From Alphaproteobacteria bacterium (GTDB lineage: Bacteria; Pseudomonadota; Alphaproteobacteria; MPNO01; UBA830), in the NCBI GenBank assembly GCA_964291215.2, contig OZ219791.1, positions 896,001 through 960,000 of the forward strand: a stretch of DNA of 64,000 bases, in the 5' to 3' direction. Below are positions 46,034 through 55,517 of the stretch, in pieces. Both the position numbers and the translations under genes were made by a program. Each line of letters starts with the position of its first letter. Position 1 is the first letter of the stretch. The notes under the pieces are model-generated. The model made no database searches, had not been told where the DNA came from, and worked only from the letters and a program-made list of their open reading frames with translations.

Positions 46034-47205
46034 GCAGTGCCCCGTTTCAGGATCGCGGCCGACGTGCAGAGGCCGCGGTCATAGTTGATCATCCCGAAAC
46101 ACGATACCAGCCCATGCCGTGCCTTTTCCACGGCTCTGCCGAGCGTCTGGCCAGTGAGCTGGCGCACGGTCTCGACGAGGCCGATGAAGCCTCCGCCCGC
46201 GCCTGCCTGCCCGGCCGAGAGCTGGCCGCCGCAGGTGTTGAGGGGAAAGTCGCCGTTGACGGTCAGATCCCGGAGACGCACGAATTCCGCGGCCTCGCCC
46301 TTGGCGCAGAAACCGAGATCCTCAATCTGCATGAAGCAGATCACCGGATAGTCGTCATAGACCTGCACAAGATCGACATCCTCCGGTCCGAGACCGGCAG
46401 CATCGTAGAATTCGCCGACATCCATCGCCCAGCCGCCGCGCACCTGTATGGGATCGTCGGGAAAGGCGTTGTGCCGTTCGATTGTCGAGAGAATGGTCGC
46501 GTGGGCGAGGCCGAGGGACCGGGCACGGTCGGTGGTCATGACCAGGCAGGCCTCGGCGCCTGCGCACGGCATGACGCAATCGAACAGCCGCAGGGGGTCG
46601 GCGATGACGCGGGCGTCGAGATACTGCTCCATCGTGAGCGGCCGTTTCATCATGGCGTGCGGCAGCGCAAGCGCGTTGCGGCGCTGGTCGATACAGAGCT
46701 TTCCGAAATCTCCCTGTGTCGCGCCGAACTCTCGCATGTAGTGGTCGGTGAGGAACGCGAAGCTGGAATTGGGTCCGCCCGAGCCGTAGGGATAGACAGC
46801 GTCATTCGCGAACTGGCTGAAGGTTGCGATGGTACGCCGGAAGGTATCGACGTGGTTGGTATCGGCGCCAATACAGGCAACGATCTCGGCATCGCCCGAC
46901 TGCACGGCCCGCGCGGCGCGGCGCAGCGCAACGACGCCGCTGGCGCCGCCCATCGGAATGTGGTCAAGCCAGCGTGGCGATGCGCCGACATGCTGCATCA
47001 GCCCGACGGCCGTGTCCGGTGCAAGCGTGAAGCTGGAGATGCAGAAACCGTCGACATCCGACTTGTCGAGGCCGGACTGCGCGAGAAGCGCGGCGAGCGC
47101 GCGCCCGCAAAACCAGTGGCCGCTCCGGATGGAATAGCGGGTATAGGGAACGGTGGCCGGAGCACAGACGGCGATGCCCTCGTAGCTCGCGCGCCGCGAT
47201 GCCAA
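46030..47205 (-). CDS. Thiolase-family (SCP-x/Ltp2-like) protein
   Basis: PLRLFDCVMPCAGA, VQVYDDY, PLNTCGGQLS motifs; overlaps the DUF35 gene. Confidence 0.88.
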   Translation of the reverse strand: MASRRASYEGIAVCAPATVPYTRYSIRSGHWFCGRALAALLAQSGLDKSDVDGFCISSFTLAPDTAVGLMQHVGASPRWLDHIPMGGASGVVALRRAARAVQSGDAEIVACIGADTNHVDTFRRTIATFSQFANDAVYPYGSGGPNSSFAFLTDHYMREFGATQGDFGKLCIDQRRNALALPHAMMKRPLTMEQYLDARVIADPLRLFDCVMPCAGAEACLVMTTDRARSLGLAHATILSTIERHNAFPDDPIQVRGGWAMDVGEFYDAAGLGPEDVDLVQVYDDYPVICFMQIEDLGFCAKGEAAEFVRLRDLTVNGDFPLNTCGGQLSAGQAGAGGGFIGLVETVRQLTGQTLGRAVEKARHGLVSCFGMINYDRGLCTSAAILKRGTA

Positions 47206-47207
47206 GC

Positions 47208-47990
47208 CTAGAGGCCCTTCGGATTGGTCATGAACTCTTCGATCACCTCGGGTGGCGGCTGCGCGAAATCCGATGTCCGGCTGACATTCAGTCCGGTGAG
47301 GCGGCGAAGCTTGACGGCCATCTCGGTCATCTTGACGAGAATCGGGATGCCGTTGATGATCGGGGCGCCGTCGATGTTGTGGTTGTGAACCCTCGAGAAC
47401 AGCAGCATCGGAATGCCGCCCCCCGTGATCAGGACGTCGACCCCGCGCTCGACAAGCGGCCTCCCCTGTTCCTCGAACAGCGCGACCACCTCCTCAAGCC
47501 CCCCTTCCCTGTCGAAGGCGGCCAGGATCTGGCCGGGCTCGAACGTCATCGCATGCACGCCCGTGACCCGTTCCCTGAGTCCGTACTTGCCGATCTGGTG
47601 GTGGAACCACGAAATGTAGCGTGGGTTGATGGTCACGATTCCGATCTGGTGCCCGAGCTGACAGGCATAGAGCATCGAGGCCTCACCGAGGCTGAGGACC
47701 GGAATGTCGACCGTGGCGCGGGCTTCATAGAGCCCCGGATCCTGGAAATGCCCCATGGCGAAGGCATCGTAGCCTTCGCGTTCGGCGGTCACGGCGTTGC
47801 AGATCATCTCGCGGGCGCAGCGAAATTCCGAAAGCGCGTGAGCATAGGAATCGTGCGGCGTTATGCCCTTGATGTCGACGCTCGTTCCGGGATCGACGAT
47901 CTTGTCGAGGTGGGCCTGCAGGTGCTTCCAGTAGGTTCCTGCATGTTCCGCGTCGATGAAGCTCTGATAGGCGATGCGGATCGGTTCCAT
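47208..47990 (-). CDS. Asp/Glu/hydantoin racemase-family protein
   Basis: AEREGYDAF...DPGLYEARATVDIPVLSLGEASMLYAC. Confidence 0.8.
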   Translation of the reverse strand: MEPIRIAYQSFIDAEHAGTYWKHLQAHLDKIVDPGTSVDIKGITPHDSYAHALSEFRCAREMICNAVTAEREGYDAFAMGHFQDPGLYEARATVDIPVLSLGEASMLYACQLGHQIGIVTINPRYISWFHHQIGKYGLRERVTGVHAMTFEPGQILAAFDREGGLEEVVALFEEQGRPLVERGVDVLITGGGIPMLLFSRVHNHNIDGAPIINGIPILVKMTEMAVKLRRLTGLNVSRTSDFAQPPPEVIEEFMTNPKGL

Positions 47991-50225
47991 GTCATTTTCT
48001 CGCGATGTTGAGGCAGCCGGGCCGCGGCGGCGGAGGCTTGTAGGTGCGGCCCGGCCGGTCGTGCAAAGTCCTGCGGGCCCGCCGACCGGACGCTGCCGCC
48101 GACTGTACGCAAACGCGCTGTCGCTGGCAACAAACGCCTCGCGACGCGCCAAGACTTCCCACGCTGTGGTTGATGTTCTGAATGGCCGCTGAACGGGGCA
48201 CAAATTTACACATTCTTGTCAGGTTTTCCGGCTGCGGCGACTCGTGGACAGCCCTGCGGCCAGAAAGCCTGGCAGGGTTGGTAAGCGTTCGTTTATGTGG
48301 TGAGGTGTTGTTGTTTTCGTCCGTTTGACGGGCTTTTGTCAGGGAGTTCCAGCGTCACCCGGAGCGGTTTCGTGCACCGGGATGCGCGGTGAGGGGCACT
48401 GGCGTCATGCCGTGTTTGCCGCATTGGTTGCGGTTTTGTCCCGGCGCTGCGGAGGAGGAGCTGAGCGCCATCCTGTGCTGGTTGCAGGGGTCTGAGGGTC
48501 CGCTCCTTGCGGAGAGGGCCAGATGTCCTTCTTCGGCTTCTGTCATGTCGGTCGTGGCGGCCGCTGGTTGTTCCGACGCGGATCCGGCAGACGCCGCGGC
48601 GCGGGACCTCGACCAAGGTTTGGCAGGGCACGGGCGGGGTGTTGCAGCGCGCGGTCCATGCGGCGGTCGAGAAGCAGCGGCTCGCCGCATGGTAGCGCAT
48701 CTGCGGCGCTGCCAGGCGCGTGTATCCGAGGTCGTGTCAGCGGGCGGAGCTCGTCGAGGGTCTTCGGGGCGGCGGCTCGGTGTCCGACGTGATCAGCTTT
48801 GGGGCCAGCGGGGCTGGCGGCGGTAGAAGGCGCGGGCGATGGGGTTCGCTCCGTGATCGTCGCAGCAGCCGCATCTCCGCGACCATGAAGTCGCGCCCTC
48901 GACCTCACGGCGGCGCTGCGAATCTCCGCCGCCTCTCCGGGCTCACGGCAACCAGGGCGACAGATCGCCGGGCCGCCGTTCTCCGCGCAGGCGCCAGCGC
49001 AGAACGTCGAGGCCGCTCCTCGCGACCGTGCCGTGTACATGACAGCCGTCCATGCTGTCGGAACCGAAGCCGGGCTTCCGCCCGGGCCCCTGACAGCCCT
49101 TTCCCCGAAATTGTTGTCCATGGTCGACGAACACGCGATGGTTGAGCGCAGCGGCCTGCCTTCCGGCGCCGCTTTCGGAAGCCTCGGCGCTTCCGCAAAC
49201 AGCGACCGCAGTCTCCGGCGCCGCCTGCGCGGTCTCGAACGCCGCCGGAAGCAAGGCAGTCGAGCCGTGTTCAGGCAGCAGATCTCCGCGATCGACCCGT
49301 TCGTCCGCCCACCCCTCCTGCTGCGGTCGGCGCAGTCCGGAAAGTCGCGCCGACAATGCGCCCGGCAACAGCACAGGATGATGAAGGGCCACAGGCGCGC
49401 CAGCTTCTTGCAGGCGCCGTAGCGGTCGCAGACATGGGGGCGTCCGCGAACAGCTTCGCCGCGACCTCGGCGCTGCGCGAGGGAAAGGACCGCGTCACGG
49501 CTGACCGATGTCTGGAGCCAGGCGCGACTTCCGGACCTCCCTCGGGGCCTGGATGCATCGGCATGGCGCAGACCCTAGTGCGCGGGGATCGCGTCCCGAA
49601 GCGGCTCAAACAGGGGCAGCATCCGGCTCGCTGGCCAGCGTTCTTGGTCGGGCGACGCGGCGCAAGGGCCGCATGCACGCGCTCGTGCAGCACATGCGTC
49701 CACATCCGAATGCGGTGCCGGGAAACAGCCGCGCCGCCACCTCACTCGGCGAACCGGGGCAGTCACAGCCCCGGCGGACAATCCGCCGCTTTTGATCTCG
49801 ATGATCCTGGTGCGAACCGTTGGCAACGCAGCACGAGCAGGCGTCCTCCGCCACCTCCAGCCGCTCCTCCACCTCCTCGAGCGCCGGCCGCGGCCAGGAG
49901 TGCCGCACTGCTGGCCGCGCTTCGATGACGCCCGCTGCCTCTTCTCGCTCTTGCGCCCGTACGACCTGTTCGAACGAAGCTTGTCGTTCTCCGCCTCGAG
50001 CGCCTCGACCCTTCAGAACCTTCATCGCGGTCTTCAGGCTGGCATTCTCCATGCGCAGCGATACCACCGTCGACCGCTTCCGCGCGCCGGCCTCGGCAAG
50101 AAGCTGGCCCAGACGTGCAACCTCCTGCTTCAGCGCAAGAGACTGCTTCGCCGTCCGCCGAACTTCCCTGACCTCCGCACGGGCAGCTGACAGCTTCTCG
50201 CGATTGCTCTTGAAAATCGCCTTCA

Positions 50226-53200
50226 CCCAAGTTGGCACTTTTTGCGTCAGTTGAAGGGGAAATTTATGCAGCAGCCCCGCTCCATATACTATATACTGGT
50301 GTTTTTTTATATATCCACTATATTTGCGATTTTCTGTCCGGAATGGTCGGTGTGGTGCCGGGATATTGCCAATTCGCTCGACCCCGCCGCCAAACCCGGT
50401 ATATCCGGAGCCTCGTCAACACAAAAGGCTCCAGACAACATGTTCATCAGGGCAACCAAAACCCACAGCACCGCAGACGGCAAACCCGTCCACCGGCTCG
50501 TGCTTTCTCAACGCATCGGCGACAAGGTCAGACAGCGCACTCTGCCTCGGCACCGACTATCCGGTGGCGCGCAAGAACCGGAAGGAGGTTGCCGCCGAAG
50601 CGCTGGCCACCCGCCGCTGTTCGAAGCCGCGTGCAGGCCGCAGGACATCGTCAACAGGGGCCCGGAGGTTCCGCGCCGACGCCCTGGAGGAAGACGCACG
50701 CAAATTGCGACCGTCAACCTCGACAGCCTCGAGCACGAGAGCCCGCGCTCGGTCGGCTGGCCTGTGCCTCGAGGCGCGATCTCGGCTTCACGACCTCGGC
50801 TTCACGGGCCGCGAGTGCGCTGATCGTCGCCAGGATGATCCGCCAGCGAGCGCTGGCTGCGCGATGACAGCGTGACCGCGGAGCTTCGATCTGGAGGGCA
50901 AGGCGCGCAAGACGCTGTACCGCATCGGCGACCTGCGTCACCGGACCGCCATCCGGAAAGAACTGTTCAACCACGAGCGCGCGCTGCATCCCCGACACCA
51001 TCGCCTTTTACGACCTGTTCACGGCCGCGCCGACGGCAAGCTGCCCCGCTTCGGGCGCTCGAAGCGCAATGATTGCCCCACGCTTGCGCGGCGCGGGCTT
51101 TCGGCGCAGTTGCGAGGTCTTGCGGGGCAACGTGAGCGAACCCGGTACGCTGGAGGACGCGCTGTCGAGGCTGGAGGCGGCCCGGCGGCGAAGCCGACGG
51201 CAGTCATGGACGCCGGCACCGAGGCGAACATCGCGTGGCGAGCACGGCTGGATCGCGGGCGGCGCCGCCCGAGGGTGGGCCCGAGGCTGATCACCAACCA
51301 CGAAGTGCAGGCGCCTTGCCAGCGAGGATGGCGCGGCGTGGTCAGCGAGAGCAGGAAGAGGGCGAGGACGCCATTCTTGGCCGCAGGGCTTCGAGGCGGC
51401 AAAGCTCCACCTCCAAGGGCCGGCGCTACGACAAGGTGCTGGAGAGCGGTCTCGAGCAGCGCTTCTCCACCGTCGCCCGGCACTACGAGATCACCGTCGA
51501 GAAGGCCGGCGCCAACGCAACGGCCGTGCGCTTCAGCCACAGACGACAAGACAACGCGGGCGCCTGCACACCAGCGACCGGGATATCGAGACCGTCCTTA
51601 TATGACTAGGTTTTGTCCCCTTGATGATGAAATCATCCACAGCAGTTGGGGGCGGGAAAATGTGGATAACCTCGACTATGGGAGAGCTATGGTTGCAAAG
51701 AGATTCCGCTCCCCTGTGTGAGAACGTACAGGGGAGCGGGGATCAAACGATCTCCGCGGAGGCTGCCGTTCCGTCCTTGGCTTTATAGAGCTCGTTCCCG
51801 AGCGTGGCAACCTCCTTTGGCGTCCCTTGCGTCCTGAATGGATGCTTGGGTTTGAACCGTATCATCATAAGGCGAGGAACGATGGTCAAGGTAGTAGCAG
51901 GGGTCAGCCAGTCTGGACATCTGGGGCGTCGTTTTACGAACGATGCCACGGGCACGTGGCTTCGCAGCCTCGAGGTAACCCGTGTGGTGGGCGACAGGCC
52001 GCTATCACCGCAAGGTTCACCAGTGTCTTCATGACCGGGGCTTCGAGGTTGTCCTGCCCGTTGAGGGCTTCGCCGAGGCTTTGGGCCATCTGGCCAACCG
52101 CGTTGACGCGCTGGCCAAGATCGGCACGGTGCTCGGCGATCTCGAGCCTGTGGCTCCTCAGGAAGCCTTCCTCAACTGCCTGGGGGATCTCCTAGTATCG
52201 CGCGCCGCGCTTGTCGACGTGCGGACCAAGTTGAGGCAAGTGGCAGATGAGGTGGATGGCGAAGGCGAGACCGTCACAAGGGCTTCGGCGGCCGATCTCG
52301 ATGACCGCATTGCCGGTGCGGCGATCAAAGCGGTGATCGCCGGTGATCCCGAGCAGAGGTACCCTGACCTCGATCCCCGGTCCAGTGACCGCCGCAGCCC
52401 TTCTTTGTTGGATGCCCGAACTCGGCAGTCTCGACCGTCGTCAGGCGGCAGCCTTGATCGGGGTGGCGCCGATGGCCAACGACAGTGGCCACGGTGCTCG
52501 GCATATCCGAGGCGGGCGCCGGAGGCCACGTGATCTCCTGTTCATGGCCGCGACCTCGGCAGCACGCTTCAACGCGGATCTGGTGCGCCACAAGACCGCC
52601 GGCAAGGCCCACAAAGTCGCCATTGTCGCCGTGATGCGCAAGCTCTGGCGAACACCTTGCTGCGACAGCAGCGTTGCTGGTCGACCGAAGCACCGGTAAG
52701 TGAGCAAAGGAGACACCCTCATGGCCCTCACCCCTGCCGAGAGCGCGATCGGGACTGTATCGACAGTCTCCCTACACGACACGACTTGGGGAGAATGTCT
52801 GCAGATCATCGTCGAGGCCGACATCGAGGAGATCGAACCGCCTTGGGACACCTGGAACCCGGACGGTCACGTGCCCGGGGGCGGCAAGGTAGCCGCGTTC
52901 ACGTGACCAATGGACGGCAACCCGCCGCCGGGACCACAAGCTTCATGTCGCCTCGCTCGCAGGGCAAATCCCACACCGCTTGTGGACAACCACAGAAAAC
53001 ATCACCGCAGACACCCGCAAAAACCTTGCCAGGAAACATGGATGCTCGGGACACGGATATCGAGGCCACCTTCCGTTCATTGAAATCCGAGCCCGGATTG
53101 CGCCCGGCCAGCGCATCGCCGCCCACCTGTTGATCGCCGTGCTCGCCGCGGTGCATCTGATCCCCGCGCGGGGCATCGACAAGTGCCGGACATCAATCCG

Positions 53201-53437
53201 CGAGAGCATGCGGAACCAGGGTCACCACGCGCCTGCGCGCATTGATCGTCAACCGACAGGACACGCACCGCCGAGGTTGCCGAAATCTCCTCGGCGGCTG
53301 GTGTCGAACCCGCCGCACGAAGAGCCGCCTCACAAGCTGACAGAATTCAACAGGATGTAGTGCCATGTTGAAATCGGCCGACAAAAAAATCGCGCAACGC
53401 GATAAAAATTCCAGGCCGCAAAAAGTACCAACTTGGA
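50226..53437 (+). mobile_element. Second IS1634-type element nested in the IS66
   Basis: 19-bp TIR CCAAGTTGGCACTTTTTGC / GCAAAAAGTACCAACTTGG; TTCA duplicated on both sides; MFIRATKTH...KVRQRTL, TDIEATFRSLKSE. Removing it restores the IS66 frame RANSLKAIF. Confidence 0.85.
51684..53048 (+). mobile_element. IS110-family element (degenerate) nested in the IS1634-type element; ends approximate
   Basis: MVKVVAGV N-terminus, SIPG, ELGSLDRRQAAALIGVAPMANDSG, KVAIVAVMRKL; structured ~200-bp 5' non-coding region. Confidence 0.75.
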
Positions 53438-53940
53438 TTCAGGGAATTCGCGCGGCTGCGCCCCTCCACCTCCTGCAAGCGCAGCTCCTCACAGCGACCC
53501 TCCGCAGCCTCGGCTCGAATACGCTCGCGATCGTACAGGGACTTCCGGGCGGCCGAATCACGACACGACGACTGCGGCACGTCGCCAGCGGCGTCCGCAC
53601 CCGATGATGACACGAAATCCTCGATGCACATGACCATGTACGACCTGATAGTACCGCCAAAAAATTTACCGGCCCCCTTTTCCTCCGAATCACCAAAATA
53701 AACCTCAGCGCAGATCGTCATCACCGCACGAACGAACGCTTATCAGGGTTGGGCCTGTGCAACCTCCGTTCATCACCAGTCGGCAAGATTGAACGCAGCG
53801 TGGGAAAGTCCTGCTGACGAAGGCGTTCCATGTTCCTGCATGGACCTATCCTGTATAGTCGGCCCTTCGTGATGGAGGGATCCTGCACCGAGACGCGGGA
53901 CTGTCTCCGGAATATCCGTGTCAAACAAGGGAGTTGCATA

Positions 53941-54924
53941 ATGTGGAAAAAATCGGGAGCGGTTGTCGGCATCGGCGCGCTCGCCGCGGCCTTGGCGTCA
54001 GTCCCTGTGGCCGCGAAGGAGGTGACAATCAGCAGCGCAAGCTGTTTTCCGATCGGCAGCCCGCCCTCCAGGGTCTACGAGAAGCTGGTCAAGGAGCTGA
54101 ACGAGCGCGGCAAGGGCGTTCTCAAGGTCAACATGAAAGGTGGCGCGCCGGCGATCGGCAGCCCCTTCACGCTGACGCAGAAGATGGCTCGCGGCGCCTA
54201 CGACATGGCCGGCTGCACTGAAGCTTATTTCGGGAACGTGCTCCCCGAGGCGCCGGTTTTCCGGTTCTCCGAGTACACCTACGCCGAGCTGCGCAAGAAT
54301 GGCGGCCTTGCCTATGCGACCAAGCTGCTGGCGGAAAAGAACATTCACTATGTCGCCCGCCATGACGACAACGGTCCGTTCCACCTGTGGATGAACAAGA
54401 AGGTCACCAAGCCCGATCTCACCGGCCTCCACATCCGCGTCTCTCCGGTCTACACGGCCTTCGTCAAGGCTCTTGGTGGTACGACGCAGACCTCGAATAT
54501 CGCGCAGGTCTACACCTACATGGAGAACGGGACGGTTCAGGGCTTCGGCTGGCCGTCGCTCGGCTGGGTGCCGACATGGGCCGAGGTCACGAAGTACCGG
54601 CTCGATCCCGGCTTCTATAGTTCGTCACTGCACACGCTGGTGAACCTCAAGAAGTGGAAGACGCTTCCGAAGGCGGCCCAGGACCTGATCACCAAGGTCG
54701 GCCTCGAATACGAGGATAAGTCGGAGCCGCGTGGCACGGCATTCCAGGAGAGAATTAAGAAGATTTACGCCTGGTATGACGAGAAGGGGATCGAGGCCAT
54801 CGAGTTTAAGGGTGCCGATCGCGAAAAGTGGCTGAAGACGGCCTTCGATGCCGGCTGGAAGGAAGTTCTCGACCGCAGCCCCGAACATGGGGCGAAGCTG
54901 AAGAAGCTCTTCACCAGGCCGTAG
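53941..54924 (+). CDS. dctP: TRAP transporter substrate-binding protein
   Basis: Signal peptide, DLTGLHIRV, QVYTYMENGTVQG; followed by dctQ and dctM. Confidence 0.88.
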   Translation: MWKKSGAVVGIGALAAALASVPVAAKEVTISSASCFPIGSPPSRVYEKLVKELNERGKGVLKVNMKGGAPAIGSPFTLTQKMARGAYDMAGCTEAYFGNVLPEAPVFRFSEYTYAELRKNGGLAYATKLLAEKNIHYVARHDDNGPFHLWMNKKVTKPDLTGLHIRVSPVYTAFVKALGGTTQTSNIAQVYTYMENGTVQGFGWPSLGWVPTWAEVTKYRLDPGFYSSSLHTLVNLKKWKTLPKAAQDLITKVGLEYEDKSEPRGTAFQERIKKIYAWYDEKGIEAIEFKGADREKWLKTAFDAGWKEVLDRSPEHGAKLKKLFTRP

Positions 54925-54943
54925 GCGCGGCATCCTGTAATCG

Positions 54944-54974
54944 GGGAAGCGGCACCGGCCCGGTGCCGCTTCCC
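54944..54974 (+). other. Perfect 14-bp stem-loop between dctP and dctQ (mRNA stabiliser or attenuator)
   Basis: gggaagcggcaccg-gcc-cggtgccgcttccc; no long U-tract. Confidence 0.6.
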
Positions 54975-54994
54975 TTGTCCCCCGGGGCGAGGCA

Positions 54995-55516
54995 ATGGGT
55001 GAACTGCTTGACCGTCTTGAGGTTGGAACCGACCGTTTCAACAGGATCGTGGCGGGCGCTGTCGCGGTCTCCATCGGGCTTTTTGCGGTGCTCATTCCGC
55101 TCAACCTGCTCTCGATCCGGCTCGGGCTCGGCGGCTGGTGGTGGTTGTATGAGGCCGTCGAATACACGCTGTATTTGGGGATATTCCTCGGCGCTCCGTG
55201 GGTCCTGCGCCTCGGCGCACATATCCGCGTCGATGTCTTCATCACCAGCCTTCCCGCGAACTCCGCGCGGATCCTCGATCAGCTGCTCAATGTTGCCGGC
55301 GCGGCACTTTGCCTCCTGCTCTTCGTCTACGGAACGCGGTCCGCGATTGCCGAATTCGCCGACAACATCCTGCCCGACAAGGACCTCCGGATCCCGACCG
55401 GCTACCTGATGGTCGTGTTTGCGTTCTCGTTTCTAATGCTGACCGTCGAGTTCCTGCTGAGAATGCGCCACGCGCGCGCCGAACATCTGGCCGTAGACAC
55501 CAAGGCAGGCCTCTGA
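54995..55516 (+). CDS. dctQ: TRAP small permease
   Basis: Four TM helices, GAHIRVD motif. Confidence 0.9.
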   Translation: MGELLDRLEVGTDRFNRIVAGAVAVSIGLFAVLIPLNLLSIRLGLGGWWWLYEAVEYTLYLGIFLGAPWVLRLGAHIRVDVFITSLPANSARILDQLLNVAGAALCLLLFVYGTRSAIAEFADNILPDKDLRIPTGYLMVVFAFSFLMLTVEFLLRMRHARAEHLAVDTKAGL

Positions 55517-55517
55517 G

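Larger units (their letters stand above)
48281..53743 (-). mobile_element. IS66-family element (degenerate) with DUF4338 passenger and nested insertions
   Basis: TIR GTAAGCGTTCGTT / AACGAACGCTTAT; 8-bp TSD CAGGGTTG at 48273-48280 and 53744-53751; MDNNFGERAVRGP motif. Confidence 0.88.
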
